From a virus (taxonomy: Duplodnaviria; Caudoviricetes): a stretch of 62,288 bases of DNA. The notes under the pieces were generated by a model that was given only the letters and a program-made list of their open reading frames with translations, ran no database searches and was not told the DNA's origin. The stretch is taken from positions 1 to 62,288 of the IMG/VR virus record IMGVR_UViG_3300032286_000962. One strand, given 5' to 3'. Shown here one piece after another: positions 26,549 through 35,108 of the stretch. Position 1 is the stretch's first letter. Every line of letters begins with the position of its first letter. The position numbers and the translations under genes are program-made.

Positions 26549-26812
26549 ATGACCCAAGACGAACTGAACGATTACGTGGACGAAAGCGAAGAGCCATTCC
26601 TGCAGCCCGACGGCTTCGAGGATTGCTTGGTCGGCATCGCCGAGGGATTTGGCGGAGACGAGGCGCTCGTGTACGACAAGGACAAGGTGCTGCAGAAGCT
26701 GCAGGACGAGGGAATGTCCTTCGAGGAAGCGATCGAGTACTTCGAGTTCAACATCATCGGCGCGTACGTCGGCCCGAAGACGCCGCTGTACATAACCCTA
26801 GTCACAAAATGA
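26549..26812 (+). CDS. Conserved hypothetical phage protein
   Basis: DGFEDCLVG...EAIEYFEFNIIGAYVGPKTP, a common phage motif; start ATG 26549. Confidence 0.75.
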   Translation: MTQDELNDYVDESEEPFLQPDGFEDCLVGIAEGFGGDEALVYDKDKVLQKLQDEGMSFEEAIEYFEFNIIGAYVGPKTPLYITLVTK

Positions 26813-27162
26813 TTACTCCATCGCAGCAGACCAAGATCGAGGAGATCTTGGACGAGTTCAACTTTCACCGCGTCTACCTCGTGATGGAACACCTCGAATG
26901 GAAATGGTTCGATACGGGTGGCGTGCCTTCGGTCGGAGACCTCCGAAGAGCTGCTAGGAGGCATTTAAACGAGCTTGCATTGCGTCCCACTAAGTCTGGG
27001 CCATGGGAGCACAACAAGACGATTGGGGGGTTCTCAGCGACGCGCTGGGGGGATGCTGACGAGTACGGCTCGTGGGAAAACTTTTCCTTGGAGTTTGTGC
27101 TGGAAAGTTGGAGGACTGAGGAGCCAGAGGGAAAAAGTAAAAATCTTAATAAACTCTATTGA
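26809..27162 (+). CDS. Hypothetical protein
   Basis: ILDEFNFHRVYLVMEHLEWKW pattern; ATGA overlap. Confidence 0.65.
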   Translation: MITPSQQTKIEEILDEFNFHRVYLVMEHLEWKWFDTGGVPSVGDLRRAARRHLNELALRPTKSGPWEHNKTIGGFSATRWGDADEYGSWENFSLEFVLESWRTEEPEGKSKNLNKLY

Positions 27163-27196
27163 CTCCCAAAAGGGATTAGCTTTAGTGTCGCTGCTT

Positions 27197-27319
27197 GTGA
27201 AAAAGATACTAACTATCCTTGACGAGAATTTAGTCTTCATGTCCCTGACGCTGCTCGCGGTAGTATGCGTTCTCCAACTCCTTAAATACGGATGCGCCGT
27301 CCTAGAAGCTCACGCATGA
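27197..27319 (+). CDS. Small membrane protein
   Basis: GTG start just after a TTGACT-18-TAGTGT promoter; one hydrophobic helix. Confidence 0.4.
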   Translation: MKKILTILDENLVFMSLTLLAVVCVLQLLKYGCAVLEAHA

Positions 27320-27795
27320 TTTACGGAATTGACCCCGGTAAGGGCGGAGCAATCGTGATGCTGAATCACGACGGCACGCTCAAGGCCGTTGACGAGATGC
27401 CGCAGGAAGACGCCGATCTCGGCGCGTACCTGTCCATGATCGTGGACGACTCGAAGATCGCAGACGTGTGGATCGAGCGCGTGCCCAAGTACGCGGGCAA
27501 GAATCAGTCAGGATCGTCCGTAGCGACTTTGTTTGCCAACTACCGATACATCGTGGGGTATCTCGAAGGGCGTGGAGTGACTGTCAATCAGGTCATTCCG
27601 CAAGTCTGGATGAAGCCCTACCGACTAATTACACCTACGTGGCAGGTTCTCACGTACCCCCAGAGGAAAAAGACTCTGCACGAGCTCGCTCTCGCTGAGT
27701 TTTTTACCGACAAGAAAACTCTGCCACGCTGGGCTGCAGACGCAGCTCTAATCGCTTTGCACGGGCATACCGCCTGCGCTCTAACCACAAAATAA
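27316..27795 (+). CDS. RuvC-like Holliday junction resolvase
   Basis: IYGIDPGKGG, VWIE, PQVW and ADAALIA motifs. Confidence 0.85.
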   Translation: MIYGIDPGKGGAIVMLNHDGTLKAVDEMPQEDADLGAYLSMIVDDSKIADVWIERVPKYAGKNQSGSSVATLFANYRYIVGYLEGRGVTVNQVIPQVWMKPYRLITPTWQVLTYPQRKKTLHELALAEFFTDKKTLPRWAADAALIALHGHTACALTTK

Positions 27796-27803
27796 AAAAC
27801 ACC

Positions 27804-27986
27804 ATGGCGAAAACAACCGCTACCCTGAAAATCGGATCTCCCGAAATCCGCGTCCCTCTCGACGCCAAGAAGCCCAAGTCCTCGATGACGAAGGTCACGG
27901 GCACAAAGAAAAAGCCAGTCTTCACGAACGAGGCTTCGATGCCCAAGAACAAGAAGATGAAACTGCCCAAGCGGGCTAAATGCTAA
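27804..27986 (+). CDS. Small Lys-rich protein
   Basis: ORF with an A/C-rich leader. Confidence 0.55.
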   Translation: MAKTTATLKIGSPEIRVPLDAKKPKSSMTKVTGTKKKPVFTNEASMPKNKKMKLPKRAKC

Positions 27987-28082
27987 TGGGCTCGACCTCA
28001 AATTTGGCGGACGCGCTAATGCTGGTATCAATATTATCGTTCTCCGCGTATTTCCTTTGGCTAACCAATCGCTATTAATTCT

Positions 28083-28433
28083 ATGTCAGACACAACAACA
28101 CCAGAAAACGTGGTGCCCATTACCGAGGCACCAGAAACCCCGAACACGGCCCCTTTGTCTTCGGACTGCGACCAGACCCAACAGCCTGCGTCGGATGTTT
28201 CAGAGACCCCTGTTGCCGCACCAACCGACGTGCCAGCCCCGAACGAGGCCAACACGATCGACCTCAACACGATCACCCATGAGGACGTTATCCAGCGCCT
28301 CATCGACGTTAACAAGCGCCTCACCTACGAGCTGCTCCTGAGCCTCAAGCTCCACGAGCACATCAGCGTGCGTGATAATCCTGAGCTCGCTGCTCAGGCC
28401 GAAGCCAATGCCGCTGGCACGAGCGAGGGATAG
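28083..28433 (+). CDS. Hypothetical protein
   Basis: Disordered N-terminus and helical C-terminus. Confidence 0.55.
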   Translation: MSDTTTPENVVPITEAPETPNTAPLSSDCDQTQQPASDVSETPVAAPTDVPAPNEANTIDLNTITHEDVIQRLIDVNKRLTYELLLSLKLHEHISVRDNPELAAQAEANAAGTSEG

Positions 28434-28556
28434 TTTCTTGCCAGTATTTGAGACTCTCTCCCGCCGCAAGCGGGAGGGAGTTCCTCTGCCAGCGAACAAA
28501 GTTTTAAAAGCTCCAGAGACTTACAAAACCCCACCCAAACTGAAGGCAAAAAAATT

Positions 28557-29186
28557 ATGAATGGATTAGAATTCAATCCCGACGCAGAGATTCAACGCTT
28601 GAAGGAAAAAGTACTTCTACTAGAGCGTCAAATCAGGAAGCCAAAGCTAGTTGGACTCATCGGAGTCGCAGGAGCTGGCAAGTCAACCGTCGCAAATATC
28701 GTCGAGCGCGATTACGGATTCTCGAAGATCCGATTCGCTGGAGGCATAAAGAGCATGCTCCGCGCTTTGCTTCACGAGGCTGGAGTCGAGCGTGGACGGA
28801 TTCAAGAGATGATCGACGGGTCGCTCAAAGAAGTCGCGTGCGACGAGCTCGCTGGAAGGAGCCCTAGGTACTGCTTGCAGACTCTGGGAACGGAATGGGG
28901 TCGTGAGTTCGTATCCCAAAATTTCTGGGTAGACCTCACGATGCACTCGGTGGACAACCTGCTGGCGGTCTCGAAGTCGGTCGTCATCGACGACGTTCGT
29001 TTCCCAAACGAGGTAAAAGCTGTCAAGGACTCAGGAGGTAGAATCTTCCGAGTAATGCGCGATCACAACTCGATTCCAGAAGCTGGGCACAAAAGCGAAG
29101 GACAAATACTTGAATTCGACGCGTGCATCCTTAATACTGGTAGTCTATCGGATCTCGAAGATCAGATAAAACAACTAATACAATGA
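28557..29186 (+). CDS. Deoxynucleoside monophosphate kinase
   Basis: GLIGVAGAGKST, LQTLGTEWGR, VVIDDVRFPNE and HKSE. Confidence 0.9.
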   Translation: MNGLEFNPDAEIQRLKEKVLLLERQIRKPKLVGLIGVAGAGKSTVANIVERDYGFSKIRFAGGIKSMLRALLHEAGVERGRIQEMIDGSLKEVACDELAGRSPRYCLQTLGTEWGREFVSQNFWVDLTMHSVDNLLAVSKSVVIDDVRFPNEVKAVKDSGGRIFRVMRDHNSIPEAGHKSEGQILEFDACILNTGSLSDLEDQIKQLIQ

Positions 29187-29479
29187 GCTTAGAGGCACAA
29201 TGTCGGGCGTTCACCACTCCAAGATGGCTAGCATGCATCTACGAGCGCCTGTCTGCGCCCTTTGCCGTGACGGTCGAGGGATCTCTCCCAGTGACGGGAG
29301 AGGTCTCTGTCCTGAACTTTCCAAACTACAAACTCCCGCCATACACTGGCCGCACATTCACAACTACCGAGGGAAACATCACTCGGATCGTTTACTTCGA
29401 TGGATCGACTCAGGTGGCTACCCGCGTGTTAGTTTACGATGCAGGCGCTATCGTCTCCGACACTCTCTCACTCCCCTAA
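29183..29479 (+). CDS. Small beta-rich virion protein (paralog of 59537)
   Basis: LPPY...ITRIVYFDGSTQVATRVLVYD resembles LPSY...QTIVLKQDGVTVATLTLAYD. Confidence 0.55.
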   Translation: MSLEAQCRAFTTPRWLACIYERLSAPFAVTVEGSLPVTGEVSVLNFPNYKLPPYTGRTFTTTEGNITRIVYFDGSTQVATRVLVYDAGAIVSDTLSLP

Positions 29480-29483
29480 TGCC

Positions 29484-29696
29484 ATGGAACAATTCTCACT
29501 ATCCCTCACCATCCTTCCTGATGGAACCCTCACATCCTGCGTATCGAGCATTCCTTTCATCGACGGAGAGCTAAGACCAGATGGAGTGAAGTCTGCCATC
29601 ATCGGCGGACATAACTCGTCGGAAGAGGCCGAATCAAGGTTTCTAGTAGCAGTGCGGACAGCACTCGCCGAGTACCGACTAGCTAAGGGAATCTAA
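29484..29696 (+). CDS. Hypothetical protein
   Basis: MEQFSLSL...; TAATG coupling to the next gene. Confidence 0.55.
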   Translation: MEQFSLSLTILPDGTLTSCVSSIPFIDGELRPDGVKSAIIGGHNSSEEAESRFLVAVRTALAEYRLAKGI

Positions 29697-31327
29697 TGGC
29701 GAATATCAAGGCACAGGCGAACGGCAACTGGAGTGCTACTGGAACGTGGGCTGGAGGCGTTGTGCCTGTTGCTGGAGATGCGGTTTGGGCAAACGGATTC
29801 ACCGTTACGTTGAATCAAGACATTTCTGTAGCCTCTCTAAATACAGCTGCTGTTTCTGGTATTAGTTTTAATGGAGGAAGCACGTCTGCGTTAACTGGAG
29901 GAACTTTTAATGCTGGCAATCTTGTAGCAAACATAACCGCAACCGACATAACGGCTGGTGGAAATAATTGCATTTCTGTTCTGAACACCAATCTCGCTTT
30001 GACCATTACTTCTACAAACATTAATGGAAGCTCTACTGGTAACAATGTTTCAGGAATTTCTTACGGAGGAAATGGAACTTGTTCTATTAATGCGGTAAAT
30101 ATAAATAGCGGAATTGTTGCAAACCTTTCAGGCAACGGAATAAACGCAGGAGGAACGGCAACAAGCAATTTAACAATAACTGGAAATGCGTATTCGCGTA
30201 ATGCTGTTGCATTGAATTTTGGCGGTGCTGGAATAACCACATTCACAGGAACACTAAATTTTGTTTCTGGCGCAACAACTGGCCCTCTTTCTATATCCAG
30301 CACAGGAACTACTAACATAAACGCCGATCTTATTACACCGTCAGCATTCGGTTTCACAATGGCATCAGTCAGTTCAACTATAGGGACTATAAACTTTGTA
30401 GGAAATGTCCAAGCAAATACAAGCGTTTCATTCGTATCTTGTCTCAACCATAGTTCAACAGCTACTGTAAATGTCACGGGGAATTGCACAGGAGGGGCGG
30501 TATCTAGTAATGCTGTTAGCAATAATAGCACAGGAACCATAAATATTTATGGAACAGCTATAGCAGGAGCTAATGGCGGGGCAGGGGCTAACAATAACTC
30601 TACTGGTATACTTTATGTAATCAGAGCAAAAGGTAACGGATACGGATTAGGATCAGTTGGAATTGTTTCCGCTGTAGGATTAAGCTCTAACAACCAAGCA
30701 GCCATAAACATAGTTCGTGAATTGGAGTATGGGCCGCTTGGGATGAGTCCGATTGGGCAAATTCCAGTTCGACTTTTGCCATCGTCTTCCAACGTAGCGA
30801 TTTTCTACACCAGCACAGGAGGAACAAAAACGCTTACAGATTCAGGCGCATCGGCAGACTTCCCCGCAACATCAAATGTGCGTCTTGGAACTACCTACAA
30901 TCTTGGAAACTTGACAGGCACTCTTGCTGTTCCTGCTGCCGGAAGCGTTGCGCTAGGAGTTCCAGTAGACAACACCACAGGAACCGCTGTGCTGACTGCA
31001 GCCAACGTACAAACTGCGTTGACGTCTCAGGGATTGACTACGACAAGAGCCGCGAACCTAGACAACCTAGACGCCACGATAACAAGCCGCATGGCATCTT
31101 TTACTTATACAGCACCCGACAATGCCTCAATCACAGCAATCAAAGCTAAGACTGATAACCTTCCAGCTGCACCAGCTGCGGTTTCGGACATCCCTACAGC
31201 CGTTACAAATGCTTCCGCCGTACGTGCGAACCTAGCTGCAGAACTAGCTAGGATCGACGTGGCAACTTCTACACGATCAACCCTAACCGCAGCACAGGTG
31301 CAGGCCGCTGTGATTCCTATTTTATGA
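29696..31327 (+). CDS. Beta-helix fibre/spike-like protein
   Basis: GNWSATGTW..GVVP N-terminus, G/N/T/S-rich solenoid repeats, NVRLGTTY..LTGTLAVP and IKAKTDNLP motifs. Confidence 0.7.
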   Translation: MANIKAQANGNWSATGTWAGGVVPVAGDAVWANGFTVTLNQDISVASLNTAAVSGISFNGGSTSALTGGTFNAGNLVANITATDITAGGNNCISVLNTNLALTITSTNINGSSTGNNVSGISYGGNGTCSINAVNINSGIVANLSGNGINAGGTATSNLTITGNAYSRNAVALNFGGAGITTFTGTLNFVSGATTGPLSISSTGTTNINADLITPSAFGFTMASVSSTIGTINFVGNVQANTSVSFVSCLNHSSTATVNVTGNCTGGAVSSNAVSNNSTGTINIYGTAIAGANGGAGANNNSTGILYVIRAKGNGYGLGSVGIVSAVGLSSNNQAAINIVRELEYGPLGMSPIGQIPVRLLPSSSNVAIFYTSTGGTKTLTDSGASADFPATSNVRLGTTYNLGNLTGTLAVPAAGSVALGVPVDNTTGTAVLTAANVQTALTSQGLTTTRAANLDNLDATITSRMASFTYTAPDNASITAIKAKTDNLPAAPAAVSDIPTAVTNASAVRANLAAELARIDVATSTRSTLTAAQVQAAVIPIL

Positions 31328-31494
31328 GCCAACCTATCAAATCAAATCAATTCTCCCATGGAGCAGGTAAGGGCGACGATGAGCGCCCCGTAGATCGCAT
31401 CAAGTACCGACAAAATTACGACGCTATCAAAAAATTGGGACTCAAAGGTACGCCAGCCAAAACTAAGGTCGGAAAGACCACGTACAAGTACTAG
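31324..31494 (+). CDS. Small conserved phage protein (56 aa)
   Basis: Manual translation ...GAGKGDDERPVDRIKYRQNYDAI.... Confidence 0.65.
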   Translation: MSQPIKSNQFSHGAGKGDDERPVDRIKYRQNYDAIKKLGLKGTPAKTKVGKTTYKY

Positions 31495-31495
31495 C

Positions 31496-32842
31496 GTGAT
31501 CACTCTTCGTGAGTATCAGGTAAAGGCCGTCGATGTACTTTCCAAGTCGATAGCCGACAATGGCGTCGCGGTAGACCTGTCCGATACGGGTCTCGGAAAG
31601 ACGATGCACTCGCTGGGAACTGTCCAGCGTTTTGGATCCGAGATTCAGTTCATCGTGATCTGCAGGGCCGTGTCTCGGCACAAGTGGGAAAAGGCCGTTC
31701 GTGACTTCGGCCTGCAGGATCGCTGCATCGCGGTGGACAGCTACCAGAAATTCACAAGCGGTCGTCACTACAAGGATCACGTCACCAAGATCAAGACACG
31801 CGGCGTCAAGTACGTGTGGGCCGATCGTGAGGTTCCCATGATCGTGATCTTCGACGAGTGTCAGGACGCGGGCGGACTCACCAGCCTTAACAGCCAGCTG
31901 CTTATTGGCTGCGGAGAGTGCAGCGGCACGTTTCCCCTGTGCCTTAGTGCGACGGTCGCTGACAGTCCGCTGAAGCTCAAGGCGCTTGGATTCCTCACTG
32001 GCATGCACGACTTGCGGAACTACTACCAGTGGTGCCTTCAGAACGGATGCGGAAAGAGCCCCTTCGGCTTCAACAATCTTTACTTCCGCAACTCCGATCG
32101 CAAGGCGGTCGTGGGCAAGCTGCACCAGCACCTGAAGCGTTACGGCGTGCGCGTCAAGCGCGAGGAGGTGCTTGAGTTCATGCCAGAAGAAACGATCGAG
32201 GTGGAGCTCTGGGACGTTGGCAGCAGGCCCAAGTCGGGAGTCGTGGCCGACGCGCTGGAGATGCTGGAGCGTACGCGTGACGAGGACATCGTTCGCCACG
32301 AGGAGGCGGTGCCCGGTGCCGTGGAGACCATGCGTAATCGCCAAGAGGCGGAGCTGCTCAAACTACCCTCACTCGCACGTGAGATCGCTGCAGCCGTCGA
32401 GGATGGACTCTACGTGCCTGTGTTCCTCAACTTCGTAAACTCGATCGACGCGCTCGTCTCGCTGCTCGCTGGAGACGGCATCACCGCAGGCGTCTTCGAT
32501 GGTCGTGATACAAAGAACCGAGACCAGACGCTTCAGGACTTCATGGACGCAAAGCTGCAGTGCATCATCCTGCAGTCTCAAGCTGGATCAGCTGCGATCG
32601 ACTTGCACGACACCGTGGGAGGACGTCCACGCTGCACGTTCATCTGTCCAACCTATCACGCGGAGACCATGCTGCAGATGCTCGGACGCGCCACGCGTTT
32701 CGGTGCCAAGTCTCCAGTGCTTCAGCGCATCTGCTTCGCGGAGGGAACGATCGAGGAGCGCGTGTACCGCGTCGCGGAAACGAAGTGCGAGAACATACGC
32801 GCCATGAACGACGGCGAGTGGGCGAATGCTTTTGGCAATTGA
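31496..32842 (+). CDS. Superfamily 2 helicase
   Basis: LREYQ Q-motif, DTGLGKT, IFDECQ, LSAT and QMLGRATR. Confidence 0.9.
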   Translation: MITLREYQVKAVDVLSKSIADNGVAVDLSDTGLGKTMHSLGTVQRFGSEIQFIVICRAVSRHKWEKAVRDFGLQDRCIAVDSYQKFTSGRHYKDHVTKIKTRGVKYVWADREVPMIVIFDECQDAGGLTSLNSQLLIGCGECSGTFPLCLSATVADSPLKLKALGFLTGMHDLRNYYQWCLQNGCGKSPFGFNNLYFRNSDRKAVVGKLHQHLKRYGVRVKREEVLEFMPEETIEVELWDVGSRPKSGVVADALEMLERTRDEDIVRHEEAVPGAVETMRNRQEAELLKLPSLAREIAAAVEDGLYVPVFLNFVNSIDALVSLLAGDGITAGVFDGRDTKNRDQTLQDFMDAKLQCIILQSQAGSAAIDLHDTVGGRPRCTFICPTYHAETMLQMLGRATRFGAKSPVLQRICFAEGTIEERVYRVAETKCENIRAMNDGEWANAFGN

Positions 32843-32876
32843 CTTCCCAATCCTTTTCGGTTCATCCTCGAAACTT

Positions 32877-33065
32877 ATGGCAAATCTTAATTTCCCTAAA
32901 ATGAAAAACAAAAAAGAAATCCCCGAATGCGTTCGCGAGTACCTGAGTGCTCTTGGAAAGAAGGGCGGAAGCGTGAGCAGCGAAGCGAAGCGCCAGTCCT
33001 GCATCCTCAACGGCCTGAAGGGCGTCGAGGCACGCAGAAAGAAAAAAGAAAATTCTGCAGAATAA
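32877..33065 (+). CDS. Small basic KGG-motif protein, candidate DNA-binding regulator
   Basis: LGKKGGSVSSEAKRQSCILNGLKG; flanked by operator-containing promoters; start is 32877 or 32901. Confidence 0.55.
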   Translation: MANLNFPKMKNKKEIPECVREYLSALGKKGGSVSSEAKRQSCILNGLKGVEARRKKKENSAE

Positions 33066-33068
33066 GGA

Positions 33069-33097
33069 TTGACCCAATCTGGTTCGCTCTTTAATCT
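33069..33097 (+). promoter_or_regulatory. Sigma70-like promoter with inverted operator
   Basis: TTGACC-17-TAATCT; the spacer holds AATCTGGTTCG. Confidence 0.7.
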
Positions 33098-33103
33098 TCG
33101 ATC

Positions 33104-34246
33104 ATGCCAACAAAACAGACGCTCAAACCCAAACCAATCGTTACCCATGCCGACTCCGAAACGCGCCCTCATCATCCCTTCGGCCCATCGTCCCTCAAGA
33201 ACTTTGAAGCCTGTCCCAGCTACAAAGGCAAAGGCGGATCAAACCCAATCGCCGAAGCGGGCACAAGGATCCACAACGCGATCGAAAAAGGAAACCCAAG
33301 CCTCCTCATCGACGGAGAAGAGCAGTCACTTGCCGAAACATGCTTGGACTTTCTTGATAACGTACGAGGAGCTCGCGCTGTGTCTGCAAATCTTGTGGCT
33401 AGCCATCAGGAGATCTTTTTTGAAATTGACCTTGGCGAGCATTCAACTTACGGGACATGTGATTTGTTGGATATATACTCTGACAACTCTGCTACGCTAT
33501 TCGACTGGAAGACGGGCTTCGGATCTGTGGACGATGCTGAGTTTAACTCTCAAGGTATCGCCTATTGTCTGGGGGCATTTGGAGCATTTCCACAACTGGA
33601 AACAATCCAGCTCTACTTCGTGCTCCCAAGAAGACACGAGGTTTCCATGGCTGAGTTCACGCGAGCAGACATTCCTAGACTCAGTCTCAGAATATCAACT
33701 ATCATTGCTCGCGCAAAAGAGCTCGCAGGAAAAGAGTTCAACCCGACGGAAGGCGTGTGCCAGTACTGCGCCTTCCAAGGCTCGTGCAAAGCACTCGCGG
33801 GACGTGCGCTCGTAGTCGGCAAGAAAGCTGGCTTCGAGGTTCCAGCCGACATCAGCGGCGACGGATCTCCAGAGGACAAGGCCAAGCTGCTCAAGCTGGC
33901 CAACATCCTAGCTGACTGGTGCGACGCCACGAAAAAAGAGATGCTGCGTCAGGCGCTGGAGGAGGGAGTGGAGATACCGGGCTACCGCCTCGATCACCGC
34001 AAGACCCCACGCACCGTGGAGTCTCCCCTGCTAGGCTTCGCAGCCGTAAGCGACATGATGACTTTCGACGAATTTCTCGGAGCCTGTACCCGCGTAAGCG
34101 TGGTCGAGCTTGAGAAGATAGTCGCGGACAAAGCAGACCGAGGTCAGAAGGGCAACGCCCGTCAGACCTTGGAGTGCCGACTACGCGACAAGGGAGCGCT
34201 CAAAGACGAGGGAGTAATCCACGTCCTGAAGGCGATCCGTAACTAA
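33104..34246 (+). CDS. DUF2800-like PD-(D/E)xK (Cas4-like) nuclease
   Basis: HHPFGPSS...CP, AEAGTRIH, GTCD...DWKTG and CQYC...C. Confidence 0.85.
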   Translation: MPTKQTLKPKPIVTHADSETRPHHPFGPSSLKNFEACPSYKGKGGSNPIAEAGTRIHNAIEKGNPSLLIDGEEQSLAETCLDFLDNVRGARAVSANLVASHQEIFFEIDLGEHSTYGTCDLLDIYSDNSATLFDWKTGFGSVDDAEFNSQGIAYCLGAFGAFPQLETIQLYFVLPRRHEVSMAEFTRADIPRLSLRISTIIARAKELAGKEFNPTEGVCQYCAFQGSCKALAGRALVVGKKAGFEVPADISGDGSPEDKAKLLKLANILADWCDATKKEMLRQALEEGVEIPGYRLDHRKTPRTVESPLLGFAAVSDMMTFDEFLGACTRVSVVELEKIVADKADRGQKGNARQTLECRLRDKGALKDEGVIHVLKAIRN

Positions 34247-34275
34247 ACAACAAACCCAAAATAACCATCCATACC

Positions 34276-35010
34276 ATGGCTACACTAACACTAACGCCGA
34301 AAGGCTCCACCAAGCCCGCAGCTCCCGTCGAGATCATCGACGAGTCCAGCGAGCTCGTCACCACGCAGCCTGCAGTCCTTGCAGCTCCAGTCAAACTCTC
34401 CGCTTCGGGAATCGAAGGAGAGATCACCACGGCGGACGTCAATACTCCCCGCGTCAACCTCGTCCAGAAGTCTGGTCAGTTGGTCGATAACTTCAGCCCG
34501 GGTTCGTTCCTCCTCGTCAAGGAGGTCGTTCTCGCCAAGCCGAACGAGTCGTTCAAGTTCACTCCGCTTCGCCTGAAGAAGTACTACCAGCTCAAGGTCG
34601 AGTTTGGTACGTCTCAGGACATGCCCCCCAAGTTCAACACCATGCAGGAAGTCATCGACTTCGGCGGTTCGTTGCAATACGGCGACGACAAGTACTGCGT
34701 GGAGATGGCCGACATCCTCATGGCCGTCGAACAGCCAGAGGGCGCTGACGATCAGCTCTTCCCCTACAGCGACGGGAAGAACAACTACGCGCTCGCCATG
34801 TACACCGTGGGCAGCAGCTCGTACACGTCCCTCGCAAAGCGTCTCATCACCGACTCGGTTGGTCTCCTTCGCAACGGCCTCTACACGGGCTGCTACGAGA
34901 TCCACAGCGAGCTCCGTAAGAACGCGATGAACAGCTGGTACGTGCCAGTCGCCAAGTTCATTGGCAAGCATCAGGATCCAGACTTCTTCAAGTCGATCGC
35001 TGGTCTGTAG
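34276..35010 (+). CDS. Probable ssDNA-binding protein
   Basis: Located between the nuclease and PolA; PRVNLVQ and NSWYVP motifs. Confidence 0.55.
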   Translation: MATLTLTPKGSTKPAAPVEIIDESSELVTTQPAVLAAPVKLSASGIEGEITTADVNTPRVNLVQKSGQLVDNFSPGSFLLVKEVVLAKPNESFKFTPLRLKKYYQLKVEFGTSQDMPPKFNTMQEVIDFGGSLQYGDDKYCVEMADILMAVEQPEGADDQLFPYSDGKNNYALAMYTVGSSSYTSLAKRLITDSVGLLRNGLYTGCYEIHSELRKNAMNSWYVPVAKFIGKHQDPDFFKSIAGL

Positions 35011-35018
35011 GTAAATTA

Positions 35019-35091
35019 GAGACCGGGGAATAGAGTCTGGGGAGATCCCAGAACGGGTCAATGTTTGGGCTCCATTTATCACCCCGGTCTC
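35019..35091 (+). other. Structured intergenic element before polA
   Basis: A perfect 10-bp stem GAGACCGGGG/CCCCGGTCTC encloses a TCTGGG/CCCAGA hairpin. Confidence 0.6.
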
Positions 35092-35108
35092 ACTACCAAT
35101 CTCTTTAC

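Noticed and set aside
31463-32344. Long minus-strand ORFs (also 34291-35121, 57633-58319 and others)
   Set aside because: They are antisense shadows of well-supported + strand genes with biased codon usage and carry no recognisable motifs.
33104-34246. Cas4 as part of a CRISPR-Cas system
   Set aside because: It sits in the standard nuclease-SSB-PolA phage context with no other cas genes.
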